Shown here: piece after piece, positions 1 to 10,497 of the stretch
Numbering within the stretch: position 1 is the stretch's first letter
Layout of the letters: each line of letters starts with the position of its first letter
NCBI GenBank assembly: GCA_964409035.1
Contig: CAYPBQ010000003.1
Location: forward strand, 105,530-169,529
Reading direction: 5' to 3'
Source of the DNA: an uncultured Candidatus Saccharibacteria bacterium
GTDB taxonomy: Bacteria; Patescibacteriota; Minisyncoccia; Phycocordibacterales; UBA12088
DNA length: 64,000 bases
Made by a program: the position numbers and the translations under genes
The notes under the pieces: model-generated
The model's input: the letters and a program-made list of their open reading frames with translations, nothing else
Told to the model about the DNA's origin: nothing
Database searches by the model: none

Positions 1-232
1 TTTGCTATCAGAAATACCCAGAAGCAATTTCACTCGACAACTTGGTGGACTGGACAGAGTACACAAATAAAAATAAAGGAGTCCTCCGTAAACAATTGGA
101 AGGTCTTAATAAAGCCAGCATCATTGATTTTAGAAATGACTCTGCCCAACTAACAAGAAAAGGTGTCGAATGGGTTGAGAAGAACATATCTTTTGAACTC
201 CAAGTATAAGAGGTATAGATTACGACAGTAAG

Positions 233-757
233 TTACGATATAGAAATTTTGCCACTCTTCAAGACTAGTTCACTACTTACACACTCCAATACTGATCTCT
301 GCTCTAATACTGTTCCGTCACGCAGCACGAATTTGGCGTAATCTCTTAGATCAATCGGCTCAATCTTCTCGGTCTTTTTCGTTCCAAGAAACATTGCTTG
401 AAGTTTTTTGAATTTTTGGATCTCGCTGTTTAGTTTGGCTGTTAACTTTACCTTATCAAGACTTAGAGTATCGGCCATTTTCAGTAATGCTTCAATGAGC
501 CCTGTTTCGTTGAGAGCGGGGTTCTTGCAGTTCCTGTCTTTGGACTTAGTACAGCGATAATAGACGTGACGGTTCACTCCTCCATTGAGAAGCTTTTTGA
601 ATTTTTCATCGGCTGTTTCAGCCACGACAGTCAGGCCGAGGAGTTCCTCTGGTACTACGTCGAGGCCGTTACCGGCGAGAAGGAAGTGCACCAGAAGGTG
701 TACTGATACCGGTTGAGGTGTCGTGTGATTTGGAGGTGTGTGTGGAGAAATCCGCAT
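233..757 (-). pseudogene. C-terminal fragment of a large serine recombinase (zinc-ribbon recombinase domain only)
   Basis: Motif VNRHVYYRC...C followed by a coiled-coil-like tail is typical of the recombinase zinc-ribbon domain; the N-terminal resolvase/recombinase domains are absent and the first Cys pair of the ribbon is lost, so this is probably a decayed integrase. Confidence 0.45.
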
Positions 758-1143
758 GCACCTCTTTTGTTTTTTGTTATGCGCTATCGTGTTTTGTCTA
801 TTTCAGTGGATTTTCACCGCGAATCACCCTAATGAGTACTACAATAATTGCAATAACTAGTAATACGTGGACAAACCCTCCAACGGTATACGAGGTAACC
901 ATACCTAAAAGCCATAGTACAACAAGAACAGCGGCAACAGTTGTTAGCATGTGTGGGGGTTAGAATGAATCAAATAATGTTCGACTCATCGCTCATTGTG
1001 AGACGATACAATCACATTGTCTCACCCCACACAAGGAGCGCAAGGTGTATTCAAAGAATACATGCTGCTATGAAGAAAAAGTATAACCATGCATGTAATG
1101 GTATAAAAAAGAGTGCCCTTGCGGGCACGTAACTGGGAGTGGC

Positions 1144-1581
1144 TCAACTTTTTTCATACAATGGAATTGGTGGTCCTAAATCAAGCCCTAGTAGCTTTGA
1201 GGTAAGGATTCTCTTGTAAGCTCCTACTGGAGTCTTGTCATTTCGGAGATGAATCATGATTACATCCCCTGGCTTGAAGTGGTGAGCAAAAAGATATGGC
1301 CAGAATTGGTTTCTAACTTCACCTTTTCCAGAGAATATTGATTTTTCGAGTTCAATAAATGTGACTTGTTCTTGTGGTGGTACTACAATTCTCCCACTTG
1401 TATAAAGTTTACCTTCTCTATGAATAGTTACTTCTTCACCATTAATACCTGATGGTGAGTGTATTTGCTCAGACGTAATTTCAAGCATAGTTCCATGATG
1501 ATCATGCAGGACAATAACAAATCTATTGCCCCTAGGTGTCGAAATTACTTTAATTTCGAAGATGGCTGATGCATTCTTCAC
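1144..1581 (-). CDS. hypothetical protein (145 aa)
   Basis: Clean ORF with no recognisable motif; adjacent to the recombinase remnant. Confidence 0.4.
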   Translation of the reverse strand: MKNASAIFEIKVISTPRGNRFVIVLHDHHGTMLEITSEQIHSPSGINGEEVTIHREGKLYTSGRIVVPPQEQVTFIELEKSIFSGKGEVRNQFWPYLFAHHFKPGDVIMIHLRNDKTPVGAYKRILTSKLLGLDLGPPIPLYEKS

Positions 1582-1691
1582 GGTAACCCTCCTTGGCTAA
1601 CTTTTACAAATATGCATATAAAAATTGCGTATGTCAATGCAGCCCACGGTGTCTCCGGCACCGTCTCTCTTTGTGATAGAATGTACACACT

Positions 1692-2123
1692 ATGGAAATA
1701 AAAAATAATATGTATGTAGTGGGTGGAGGGATGCTTGTGGTGGGGCTGCTGCTTGGTGGTCTTTTTACATCATGCATGTCAAAGGGTAAGTGGCATATGA
1801 TGGATAAGGATTCAGGAATGTACCGTGAGCATTCAATGCGTGGTGATATGCGAGAGAATGAGACGATGCATAGCACAATGGAGGGTATGATGCACACTCT
1901 AGAGGGTAAGACAGGTGCCGAGCTAGAAAAAGCATTTTTGGAAGAGATGATTGTGCACCATGAGGGAGCGGTGAGTATGGCAGAGGCGCTTATTGCGGGT
2001 ACTACACGCACAGAGCTACTTACACTAGGGAGAGAAATAATTAGCGCGCAAGTGGGGGAAATTGATCAAATGAAGAAGTGGCTGAATGAATGGTTTCCTA
2101 CAGAATCGACCACTCAGCAATAA
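1692..2123 (+). CDS. DUF305 family protein (four-helix metal-binding, copper-resistance associated)
   Basis: EEMIVHHEGAVSMAEA matches the DUF305 signature (MIxHHxgAixMA); N-terminal TM/signal segment. Confidence 0.6.
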   Translation: MEIKNNMYVVGGGMLVVGLLLGGLFTSCMSKGKWHMMDKDSGMYREHSMRGDMRENETMHSTMEGMMHTLEGKTGAELEKAFLEEMIVHHEGAVSMAEALIAGTTRTELLTLGREIISAQVGEIDQMKKWLNEWFPTESTTQQ

Positions 2124-2146
2124 CTACTTGTCATAGGCTATAGAGG

Positions 2147-3310
2147 ATGTATGGTTACAATATGAATCGATACGTGCTATTAGTATTGTCTTTGATGTGT
2201 AGCGCTAGCGCCATTTTGCTTGCGCCAACTATTTCTGTGTCTGCTCAAATTCTTGATAACAGCTATCAAGGGGTGTGGAGGGCAAAGGTAACTGACATCA
2301 TCGACTCACAGGTAAGGACTATACCTGGTACAGATGCAACACAGCTATATCAAACAATTGAGGCAGAGGTCCTTGAGGGACCAAAAGAGGGTGATGTTAT
2401 ACGTATAGAAAATGATTATCTTGAATTAGACAAAGGAGATGCATTTTACTTTAACTACTCACAGTATCCCGATGGTACTGAAGGGTATGGGGTGATAAGT
2501 ATTGATAGAAGACTATCATTATTTGTCCTCGTGATGGTGTTTGTAGTTGCCATAATACTTTTTAGTGGATGGCAGGGGGTGCGGTCGCTTGTCGCGCTTG
2601 GGGGCAGTTTCTTGGGTATTTTCTATATTCTCATGCCGGGCATACTCAAGGGATGGGATCCTGTAGTCACAAGTGTGCTTGTGGCATCAGGCATACTCTT
2701 TGCGGCGATATTCTTTACCCACGGATTTAATAGGGAGTCGCTTGTTGCGTATGGCGGTACTATGCTTGCGGTGCTGCTCACAGGATTATTTGCTCTTGTG
2801 TCAGTCACGGGTACTGATCTTTCTGGATTTGCCTCTGAAGCATCGACATACCTTAACTTTAATACTCGAGGATCAATAGATTTTACCTCGCTATTACTTG
2901 GCGCGATTATCTTAGGAGTGCTTGGGGTGCTAGATGATATTGCGGTTACGCAAGCTGCGGTAGTTACCGAGCTGTTTAGGAGTAATCCATCACTCACTAG
3001 AAAGGAGGTGTATATGCGTGCAATGAGGGTGGGGCGTGGCCACGTGGCGGCTCTTGTTAATACGCTCGTACTAGCATACGCTGGCGCGTCACTACCGCTG
3101 TTACTCCATGCCTATATGGCATCATCAAGTGTTGCGATGGCAATAAATAGTGAAATATTTGCAACTGAAATTGTCCGCGCGGTAGTGGGTAGTATGGGGC
3201 TACTATTTGCAGTCCCTATTGTTACCTTTTTTGGTGTGTTGTATTTGAGAAATTATGTACCAGCAGGCGGTCATGTGCATGCGGGGCATTCACACGGTCA
3301 TCATCATTAA
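2147..3310 (+). CDS. YibE/F family integral membrane protein with His-rich C-terminus
   Basis: Multi-TM profile and sequence pattern of the YibE/F family; tail HVHAGHSHGHHH. Confidence 0.65.
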   Translation: MYGYNMNRYVLLVLSLMCSASAILLAPTISVSAQILDNSYQGVWRAKVTDIIDSQVRTIPGTDATQLYQTIEAEVLEGPKEGDVIRIENDYLELDKGDAFYFNYSQYPDGTEGYGVISIDRRLSLFVLVMVFVVAIILFSGWQGVRSLVALGGSFLGIFYILMPGILKGWDPVVTSVLVASGILFAAIFFTHGFNRESLVAYGGTMLAVLLTGLFALVSVTGTDLSGFASEASTYLNFNTRGSIDFTSLLLGAIILGVLGVLDDIAVTQAAVVTELFRSNPSLTRKEVYMRAMRVGRGHVAALVNTLVLAYAGASLPLLLHAYMASSSVAMAINSEIFATEIVRAVVGSMGLLFAVPIVTFFGVLYLRNYVPAGGHVHAGHSHGHHH

Positions 3311-3328
3311 GATGTTTGATATACATAG

Positions 3329-3360
3329 AGAAGCCGGCGCTACGCGCCGGCTTCTTCTTC
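3329..3360. terminator. GC-rich hairpin between convergent genes (agaagccggcgc-tac-gcgccggcttct)
   Basis: 12-bp perfect inverted repeat directly after the YibE/F stop codon. Confidence 0.5.
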
Positions 3361-3588
3361 ATCGATACCTTCAATATCACTCCTCTTTCTCCAGCAATTA
3401 GGGTCACTTACAGGTCGTCTCGCCCTTGTTTCTGACGGTACCTGCTTTTTCTTTCTTTGTGCCGCAAGATAATTTAGCGCCACCCGCCCGTGTTGGGTGT
3501 TAAGCGCTTCGCTAGGTTTGAGTATTCCTTGAGTTACTTCCTGCATTGCAAGAAAGACGCGTCCCATGTGTGACATATTGCACCCCAA
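3340..3588 (-). CDS. small hypothetical protein (82 aa)
   Basis: ORF only; weak resemblance of HGRVALNYLAAQRKKKQ to the RNA polymerase omega motif is not convincing. Confidence 0.25.
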   Translation of the reverse strand: MGCNMSHMGRVFLAMQEVTQGILKPSEALNTQHGRVALNYLAAQRKKKQVPSETRARRPVSDPNCWRKRSDIEGIDEEEAGA

Positions 3589-3638
3589 GTGTTGTCGCTA
3601 ACTTTTTTATACAACAATAGTATGTAACTAGTCAAGTG

Positions 3639-4088
3639 CTAGAGAAATAGCTCGGTAACCACATCACGTACATCAGCTCCGTCTGCTTTCCCTTGAAGCT
3701 CTTTCATAATTGCACCCATGAGCATACCCATTTGCGCCTTGTCTGTTACTCCCATCTCATCGCGCTTTTGTATCGCTACTTTGAGTATGTCTGCTTTGCT
3801 CATTGATTCAGGAAGATAGGCTTCAAGGACATGTAGCTCACCTCGTTCTCCTTCAGCAAGATCAGGCCTATTTGCCTTGGTGTATTGCTCAATTGAATCT
3901 TTTCGTTGTTTTACCAATCGCTTGATTACTACCATGGTGTCCTCATCTGATAGTACATCGCGTGGTGTTTTACCCTTAGCAACTAATTCGTTAGTGCAGG
4001 CAGTAATAAGTCCTCGTAATACGGTAAGGCGAGGCTCCTCCTTTGCTTTCATTGCCTCTTTTAAGTCGCTTCGTAGTTGTTCTTGCAT
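3639..4088 (-). CDS. yqeY: GatB/YqeY domain protein
   Basis: MQEQLRSDLKEAMKAKEEPRLTVLR...MGMLMGAIMKEL is the YqeY pattern; start placed at the internal Met (150 aa) rather than the 183-aa extension. Confidence 0.65.
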   Translation of the reverse strand: MQEQLRSDLKEAMKAKEEPRLTVLRGLITACTNELVAKGKTPRDVLSDEDTMVVIKRLVKQRKDSIEQYTKANRPDLAEGERGELHVLEAYLPESMSKADILKVAIQKRDEMGVTDKAQMGMLMGAIMKELQGKADGADVRDVVTELFL

Positions 4089-4144
4089 ATAAAGAGCATA
4101 CACCGTGGATGATTGCTTTTCAATATAACGGTATACTTTAACCA

Positions 4145-6820
4145 ATGATGAATGAACAAAAAAAATACTGCAGTGAATCCATAGATTCATTACTACTTAC
4201 CTTTGGTACAGATCCAAAAAATGGTTTACCCGCAAGAGATATTCCACATAAACGCGCGGCAGTAGGATTTAATGAATTAAAAAAGGACCAAGAAGAGTAT
4301 CTTGGTGATAAGGTATTACGCCAAGCAAAAAATCCTCTCATTATTATTCTCATACTTGCTGGTATCGCAACATTGCTCCTCGATGAGATTGTTGATGCAA
4401 TAGTCATATTTGCTGCATTCATCATCAATATCACCATTGGTGTTTTTCAAGAGGAGCGGGCATCAAGAGCATTTGAAAAATTAAACGACTCTCAAGAAAA
4501 ATTTGCAACGGTAATCCGCTCTGGGGTAAAAACAAGAGTCCCATCACGTGAATTAGTACCAGGTGATTTGGTAGTTATTGAGGCAGGAGCATATGTTCCT
4601 GCTGATATGCGTCTTATTGAAACAAAAAATTTAAACCTCAATGAAGCAGCGCTCACTGGTGAGTGGGTAGAGGTGCAAAAGCGAATTGGGCAAGTACATG
4701 AAGATGCTCCGCTAACCGAGCAAATAAATATGGCGTGGATGGGTACACTTGTTACCTCAGGGTATGGGCACGGCATTGTGGTAGCAACTGGCAACACCAC
4801 GCAGGTGGGGCATATCGCAAGTAATTTAGGTAGAGAAGCATCGCGCCAGACACCGCTTCAGGCAAGTATAGGCAGGGTAGCTAAGTTTCTTATTCTGGTG
4901 ATATGTGTCGGTATCACGGTTATTTTTTTCCTCGGATTACTGCGAGGCGAGTCAATGAGCGCAATGCTACTTATTGCTATTGCGATAGCGGTTTCTGCTA
5001 TGCCGCAGGGGTTACCTGCTGCGGTTACGGTGGTACTAGCCCTTGGTATGGAGGGCTTACTCAAGCAGGGAGGGTTGGTGCGTAGTCTTCTTGCGGCAGA
5101 AACACTTGGCGCAACCACTATCGTCCTTACAGACAAAACCGGCACTCTCACCGAAGCAAAAATGGAGCTTTCAGAAAAAGTAGTATCACTCAATAGACGC
5201 GCATCAGATAAGCGAGCGGTAGAGATGGACGCTCGTGAATTGTTGCGATCAGCGGTTATGGCGTCTGATGCATTTGTAGTGAAGAGAGATGATACTGATA
5301 TCGTGGTAGAAGGGCGACCGATTGAAAAGGCGATTATACTCTCAGGCCTTACCGACGGACTTTCACAAGAAAATCTTTTTGCAAAAGAAAAATTGCTTGA
5401 CCTACTCAAATTTGAATCTTCACGTAGGTATAGCGTGTCACTATATCAAACCTTGGGAGACGAGCGTCACGGCAAAATGTATGTAAGCGGCGCGCCAGAG
5501 GTGCTGCTAGAATCTGCTAATCGTCTGCATGAAAATGGAGTAGGAAGAGAAATGCGTGAGGATGATCGCATATTTTTTAATCACGAATTAAGCGTACGCA
5601 GTAGTAAGGGTATGCGCGTTATTGCGGTGGGATATATAGAAACCGCAAGAAAGCAAATACAAGAGCACTTTGCTATTCCTTCAGATGATTTTGTCTTTTT
5701 GGGATTATTAGTATTTGTTGATCCAATTAGGGATGATGCAAAAGCATCAATGGCAGAGGTGCAAGAAGCAGGGGTGCGGGTGCTTATGGTTACAGGCGAC
5801 AATGCAGGTACCGCAGGGCATATAGCAGAAGAAGTTGGTATACGTGGCGCAGCTGCAGGGGCGATAACTGGCGCGCAGATTGATACAATGAGTGATACAG
5901 AACTATATGCTGCGCTTAAAAAGTATTCAGTCATCGCGCGTGTAGTACCAGAGCAAAAACTTCGCATTGCTCGTGTATTTAAGAATAATGGGGAAGTGGT
6001 AGCAATGACGGGTGACGGCATCAATGATGCACCGGCTTTGCGTACTGCTGACATTGGTATTGCAATAGGTAGTGGTACTGAGGTGGCAAAGGAAGCCTCT
6101 GACATCGTACTTCTCAACAATAGCTTTGCGATTATTGTTGCCGCAATACGCACCGGAAGAAAAATAGTGGATAACATAAAAAAGATTGTTGCGTATCTCC
6201 TTTCGACAAGTTTCAGCTCACTTACCATTGTATCTGCGGCGGTTATTGTTGGTACACCCCTCCCCATTTTGCCCTCACAAATACTTTGGGCAAATATTGT
6301 AGAAGAGGGTCTCATGAGCTTTGCATTTGCGTTTGAGCCTGAGGAGAAGGGGATTATGCAGCGATCACCACGTGATTCTTCAGCAAAGCAGATTCTAACA
6401 AGAGAGCTTACCAGTCTTATCGTTATTGTTGCGGTTATTACGGGTGCATTACTTATCGTGCTCTACTTCTGGCTCCTCAAATCAGGACTTCCAATAGAAG
6501 AAATCCGAACAATCATGTTTGTTTCTCTCACGCTTGATTCTATTTTCTTCTCATTCTCACTCAAAAATCTCAATGTACCTCTGTGGCGCATCAGCTTCTT
6601 TGATAACCGTTTTCTTATCGGAGCACTTAGCATAAGTGTCCTTACTCTTGTAGCGGCACTTACCTTCAAGCCGCTACAGTCACTTCTCTCACTTACCCCA
6701 CTAACCTTGGGCGAATTAGGACTCCTTGCGGTTGTAGGTGTAATAAATCTAGTTGCAATAGAGATTGTAAAGTACGCATTTTTCAGCAAAAATCGCGCTT
6801 CAGCGCTACTTCCTTTATAA
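4145..6820 (+). CDS. P-type (P2) cation-transporting ATPase, Ca2+-ATPase-like
   Basis: DKTGTLT phosphorylation motif; MVTGDN and TGDGINDAPAL motifs; about 10 TM segments; 891 aa. Confidence 0.85.
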   Translation: MMNEQKKYCSESIDSLLLTFGTDPKNGLPARDIPHKRAAVGFNELKKDQEEYLGDKVLRQAKNPLIIILILAGIATLLLDEIVDAIVIFAAFIINITIGVFQEERASRAFEKLNDSQEKFATVIRSGVKTRVPSRELVPGDLVVIEAGAYVPADMRLIETKNLNLNEAALTGEWVEVQKRIGQVHEDAPLTEQINMAWMGTLVTSGYGHGIVVATGNTTQVGHIASNLGREASRQTPLQASIGRVAKFLILVICVGITVIFFLGLLRGESMSAMLLIAIAIAVSAMPQGLPAAVTVVLALGMEGLLKQGGLVRSLLAAETLGATTIVLTDKTGTLTEAKMELSEKVVSLNRRASDKRAVEMDARELLRSAVMASDAFVVKRDDTDIVVEGRPIEKAIILSGLTDGLSQENLFAKEKLLDLLKFESSRRYSVSLYQTLGDERHGKMYVSGAPEVLLESANRLHENGVGREMREDDRIFFNHELSVRSSKGMRVIAVGYIETARKQIQEHFAIPSDDFVFLGLLVFVDPIRDDAKASMAEVQEAGVRVLMVTGDNAGTAGHIAEEVGIRGAAAGAITGAQIDTMSDTELYAALKKYSVIARVVPEQKLRIARVFKNNGEVVAMTGDGINDAPALRTADIGIAIGSGTEVAKEASDIVLLNNSFAIIVAAIRTGRKIVDNIKKIVAYLLSTSFSSLTIVSAAVIVGTPLPILPSQILWANIVEEGLMSFAFAFEPEEKGIMQRSPRDSSAKQILTRELTSLIVIVAVITGALLIVLYFWLLKSGLPIEEIRTIMFVSLTLDSIFFSFSLKNLNVPLWRISFFDNRFLIGALSISVLTLVAALTFKPLQSLLSLTPLTLGELGLLAVVGVINLVAIEIVKYAFFSKNRASALLPL

Positions 6821-6827
6821 TGCGTAT

Positions 6828-7880
6828 ATGGAGTATTCAACTATCGGTCTTATTGTATTAGCGCTCATAAATGTCGCGGTACTTATAGTGGTGGTGATTA
6901 TAGCGCGCTCACGTGGTACTGATACCACAGATGGTAGCTTTGTTATGTTACAAAATCAGCTACACGATTTAGCTCGCTCTATCAATGATAGACTTGGCTC
7001 TTCAACAAAAGAGCTGCATGAATCACTAAGAACGCAATTAGGGGAGAGTAATCGTATTGTGCGTGAGGTAACCGAGGGACTTACCAAGTTAGACGAAACT
7101 AACAAGCAGGTGGTTGGATTTGCTGATCAACTACAACACCTTCAAGATATACTCAAAAATCCAAAGCAGCGCGGTGTACTAGGTGAGTATTATCTTGAAT
7201 CTGTTCTTCAGAATGTGCTACCACCCAAATCATTTGTGATGCAATACGCATTCACCAATGGCGAAATAGTTGATGCAATAGTCTTTGTGAAAGACAAAAT
7301 AATTCCTATTGATTCAAAATTTTCTCTCGAAAACTACAACCGCATCCTTGAATCAAGGAGTGACGAGGAAAGAGATCGCTATGAAAAACTATTTAAACAA
7401 GACTTAAAAAATCGTATTGATGAGACATCAAAGTATATACGTCCCGAGGAGGACACCATGGATTTTGCGTTCATGTTTATTCCTTCAGAGGGGGTATATT
7501 ATGATCTACTCATAAATCAGGTAGGGGCGGTAAAGACAAACACTAGAGACCTTATAGAATACGCATTTGATAAAAAGGTGATTATTGTCTCTCCGACCTC
7601 ATTTCTAGCGTACTTGCAGACGGTGCTCCAAGGGCTACGCTCGCTCCATATAGAGGAGCAAGCTAAGGATATACAAAAGAGGGTAGGAGAGCTCGGAAAG
7701 CACCTTAAGGCATATGAAGACTTCTACCAAAAACTAGGAAATGCGCTATCAACCGTGGTTAACCATTACAATGCTGGCTCTAAGGAGCTAGGAAAAATTG
7801 ATAAGGATATATACCGTATTGATGGCACTCGCCCTGGGCTTGATGCACCCCTGCTTGAAAGGCCAAAAGAGGCTGAGTAG
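6828..7880 (+). CDS. rmuC: DNA recombination protein RmuC
   Basis: N-terminal TM, coiled coil, NPKQRGVLGEYYLESVLQNVLP and IDSKFSLENY segments characteristic of RmuC. Confidence 0.75.
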   Translation: MEYSTIGLIVLALINVAVLIVVVIIARSRGTDTTDGSFVMLQNQLHDLARSINDRLGSSTKELHESLRTQLGESNRIVREVTEGLTKLDETNKQVVGFADQLQHLQDILKNPKQRGVLGEYYLESVLQNVLPPKSFVMQYAFTNGEIVDAIVFVKDKIIPIDSKFSLENYNRILESRSDEERDRYEKLFKQDLKNRIDETSKYIRPEEDTMDFAFMFIPSEGVYYDLLINQVGAVKTNTRDLIEYAFDKKVIIVSPTSFLAYLQTVLQGLRSLHIEEQAKDIQKRVGELGKHLKAYEDFYQKLGNALSTVVNHYNAGSKELGKIDKDIYRIDGTRPGLDAPLLERPKEAE

Positions 7881-7938
7881 AGGGCTATACGCTCATGTAC
7901 TTGCCTTTTTTTGCGCTTTTAGGTATAGTATCTCCACT

Positions 7939-8256
7939 ATGCATTTCGCAGTAATAGAAACAGGCGGAAAGCAATATAAAGTCGCTGAAGGCGATGTTGT
8001 TGCTATTGAAAAGGTAAATGAGCTTAAAGAAGGAGAAACAAAGCTCGTTTTCGACAAGGTACTACTGCGAGACGACGGCGCATCTACTACTGTTGGAAGC
8101 CCTTATATTGAAGGAGCTCTCGTTGAGGGGGTGCTTGAAGAAGAGGGTCTCGGCAAAAAGATTCACGTGATGAAGTTTAAGTCAAAATCAAACTACTTCA
8201 AAAACCGTGGCCACAGACAGCCATACATGAAGGTAAAGATTACCGCAATAAAGTAA
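7939..8256 (+). CDS. rplU: 50S ribosomal protein L21
   Basis: MHFAVIETGGKQYKVAEGDVVAIEK...; start at the internal ATG 7939 of the longer 7798 ORF. Confidence 0.85.
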   Translation: MHFAVIETGGKQYKVAEGDVVAIEKVNELKEGETKLVFDKVLLRDDGASTTVGSPYIEGALVEGVLEEEGLGKKIHVMKFKSKSNYFKNRGHRQPYMKVKITAIK

Positions 8257-8282
8257 AAACTCGGCTTCGTGCCGAGTTTTTA
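8257..8282 (+). terminator. intrinsic terminator after rplU (aaaaactcggc-ttcgt-gccgagttttt)
   Basis: Perfect hairpin flanked by an A-run and a T-run. Confidence 0.5.
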
Positions 8283-8900
8283 CTTTCTATTACTTAGCGC
8301 ATTTTTTATGGTGATAGGGTCTGCGTATTCTATCTCTGCTCCTGTTGAGAGGCCTCTTCCTAATCGTGTAATACGAAGTGATTTTCTCTCAATCTGCTCG
8401 TGGACTTGCTCCTCAATGTATAACGCCGTCTCTTCGCCGTCTGTGGTGGTAGAAAGAGCTAGGATAATTTCAGCGCCATTTGGCAGCTGCTCTACAACGC
8501 TCATGAGCTTTCTGATTTGTATTTTTTCAGCTGGATTCTTTTCAGTGAGGGTAATGAGCGCGCCAACTACAAAGTACTTACCTTGATAAATACCGCTCTT
8601 TTCTATAGTCTCAAGATCGACGTCCTTTTCAACTATCATGAGGGTATTCTCTCTTGTGGTGTCACTGCAAATAGCACAGCGTGTGTGCATTGATGTGCTA
8701 TTGAAAAGTCTTCTGCAATCATCACATTCATGCATGGCGCTTTTTATTTCAGAGAGTAGCCGTGAAAGGCGAGTGAGTGAGCTGCTTTCCTTGCGGATAA
8801 GATGCTCAACTATCCTGCGAGCTTGGCGAGTACCAATACCCGGAAGTCGCGAGAATTCAGATATAAGTTCATTAAAGTGTCCGCTCATACAAGTACTCAC
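8280..8900 (-). CDS. recR: recombination protein RecR
   Basis: LPGIGTRQARRIVEHL HhH segment, C4 zinc finger CDDC...CAIC, Toprim-like C-terminus; start could alternatively be at 8888. Confidence 0.85.
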   Translation of the reverse strand: MSTCMSGHFNELISEFSRLPGIGTRQARRIVEHLIRKESSSLTRLSRLLSEIKSAMHECDDCRRLFNSTSMHTRCAICSDTTRENTLMIVEKDVDLETIEKSGIYQGKYFVVGALITLTEKNPAEKIQIRKLMSVVEQLPNGAEIILALSTTTDGEETALYIEEQVHEQIERKSLRITRLGRGLSTGAEIEYADPITIKNALSNRK

Positions 8901-10318
8901 TAAAACTCCTCAACAGAAGAACCTTGATATGCGCCAAAACTACTTTTTTCAATAGACTGGAAGGTGACTCGCCCCTCATCAAAGTAGAGATCAACTTTTC
9001 CAGTTGGTCCGTTGCGGTGCTTTTCAATTAGTATTTCTGCGATGTTGTTTTTTTCCATGCCGTCTTGCATTTTATCCTCGCGGTGAATAAACATAACGAC
9101 ATCAGCATCTTGCTCGATTGATCCAGAATCGCGAAGGTCTGAGAGTCGTGGTCTACCTCGGCGTTGCTCGACCGCTCTTGAGAGCTGTGAGAGCGCAAGG
9201 ACAGGTACCTCAAGTTCGCGAGCAAGTGCCTTTAATGAGCGTGAGATTTCTGTGACCTGCTGTACGAGGGAGTCGCTTGATCGAGTTGAGGTAGGCGCCA
9301 TAAGCTGGAGGTAATCTACAACAATAAGTCCAAGACCCTTTTCGCGTTTTAGTCTGCGGGCTACTGATCGCATGGTAATAATATTTGCCATCGGTTGATC
9401 ATCAATGAAAATTGGCGCGTTAGAGAGCCTATCAAGTCCTGCGTGGATTTGTTCAAATTCTTCATCGGTTGATAGTTTGCCGGTTCGTAGCTTCCACGCA
9501 TCTACCTTGGCCTCTGCTCCAAGCATACGGTCTACTAATTGCTGCGCGCTCATTTCAAGGGAGAATATTCCAACTGGAATATTATGCTGCACCGCGGCTT
9601 GCCGAGCTATATCGAGGGCGAATGCGGTCTTACCCATGGATGGTCGTGCCGCTAGGATGATTAGGTCTGACTTTTGAAGCCCAGAGAGCTTGTTATCAAG
9701 TTCGCTAAAACCAGTCCGTACCCCTCTAAATTCATTGTCGGACTTATGAAGCCTATCAATACGCTCTATGGTCTCAAATGTGAGTGATCGTATGTCTTGG
9801 AACTTTCGTGATCCGGATATATTAGTGACGTCGTAGATACGCTTCTCAGCTTTGTCGAGCGTCTCATCAAGCTCTCCTGACGCATCAAAGCCTAGCTCTG
9901 AAATATGCTCACCAGCAAATATAAGTCTGCGAAGTACTGCAGATTTTCGCACCAAGTTGGCGTAGTACATTACATTAGACGCGGCAGGAGTCTCAGACAC
10001 AAGCTCGGTTAATTCACTAGCGCCGCCTATTGCTTGCAGTTTCTTCTCCTCCTTGAGGCGAGAGGTGAGTGAGAGAATGTCGATAGGCTCACCCTTGTGA
10101 AAAAGTGAAAGGATTGCGTCAAAGATGGTGCGGTGCTTTGCTACGTAAAAATCATCACTAGAGACAAGGTCTATAACATCATGTATTGCGTCAGGTTTAA
10201 GCATTAACGCACCTAGTAGTGCGCGCTCAGACTCAATATTTTGAGGGGGGACACGGCCGCCTGTAGCCTTTTCAACTGCTTCCTTTCTTTGAAATCGTTC
10301 ATTGGCCATTGCATGCAT
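8900..10318 (-). CDS. dnaB: replicative DNA helicase DnaB
   Basis: GFSELDNKLSGLQKSDLIILAARPSMGKTAFALDIA Walker A and other DnaB motifs; 472 aa, no intein. Confidence 0.9.
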   Translation of the reverse strand: MHAMANERFQRKEAVEKATGGRVPPQNIESERALLGALMLKPDAIHDVIDLVSSDDFYVAKHRTIFDAILSLFHKGEPIDILSLTSRLKEEKKLQAIGGASELTELVSETPAASNVMYYANLVRKSAVLRRLIFAGEHISELGFDASGELDETLDKAEKRIYDVTNISGSRKFQDIRSLTFETIERIDRLHKSDNEFRGVRTGFSELDNKLSGLQKSDLIILAARPSMGKTAFALDIARQAAVQHNIPVGIFSLEMSAQQLVDRMLGAEAKVDAWKLRTGKLSTDEEFEQIHAGLDRLSNAPIFIDDQPMANIITMRSVARRLKREKGLGLIVVDYLQLMAPTSTRSSDSLVQQVTEISRSLKALARELEVPVLALSQLSRAVEQRRGRPRLSDLRDSGSIEQDADVVMFIHREDKMQDGMEKNNIAEILIEKHRNGPTGKVDLYFDEGRVTFQSIEKSSFGAYQGSSVEEF

Positions 10319-10392
10319 TGTAGCACATCAGGGCAGGGAGCATTTATATGAAAAAGTCTTATTTTGTGTGTACGAAATGTTGATAAAAAAAG

Positions 10393-10417
10393 GTCGCCGC
10401 GCTAACCGCGCGGCGAT
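10393..10417 (-). terminator. intrinsic terminator downstream of cysS (tcgccgcgc-loop-gcgcggcga plus U-run on the minus strand)
   Basis: GC hairpin preceded on the + strand by aaaaaaa. Confidence 0.5.
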
Positions 10418-10497
10418 GAATGGAGACAAATGCCAAAGTCAGAGTGTGAGTAGTTGTGGGGCAACTACTGCACGTGTAATTTATAACACTATAGTAA

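Noticed and set aside
3340-3588. Assignment of the 82-aa ORF as RNA polymerase omega (rpoZ)
   Set aside because: The only similarity is a loose GRVALNYLAAQRKKKQ versus NRFeLvllAarRARQl pattern. That is insufficient without a profile search.
1634-6315. Antisense ORFs inside DUF305 and the P-type ATPase (1634..2011, 4492..4800, 4858..5409, 5581..6315 on the minus strand)
   Set aside because: They are fully embedded in genes with strong motif support on the other strand, and they have low-complexity Ser/Ala/Ile-rich composition.
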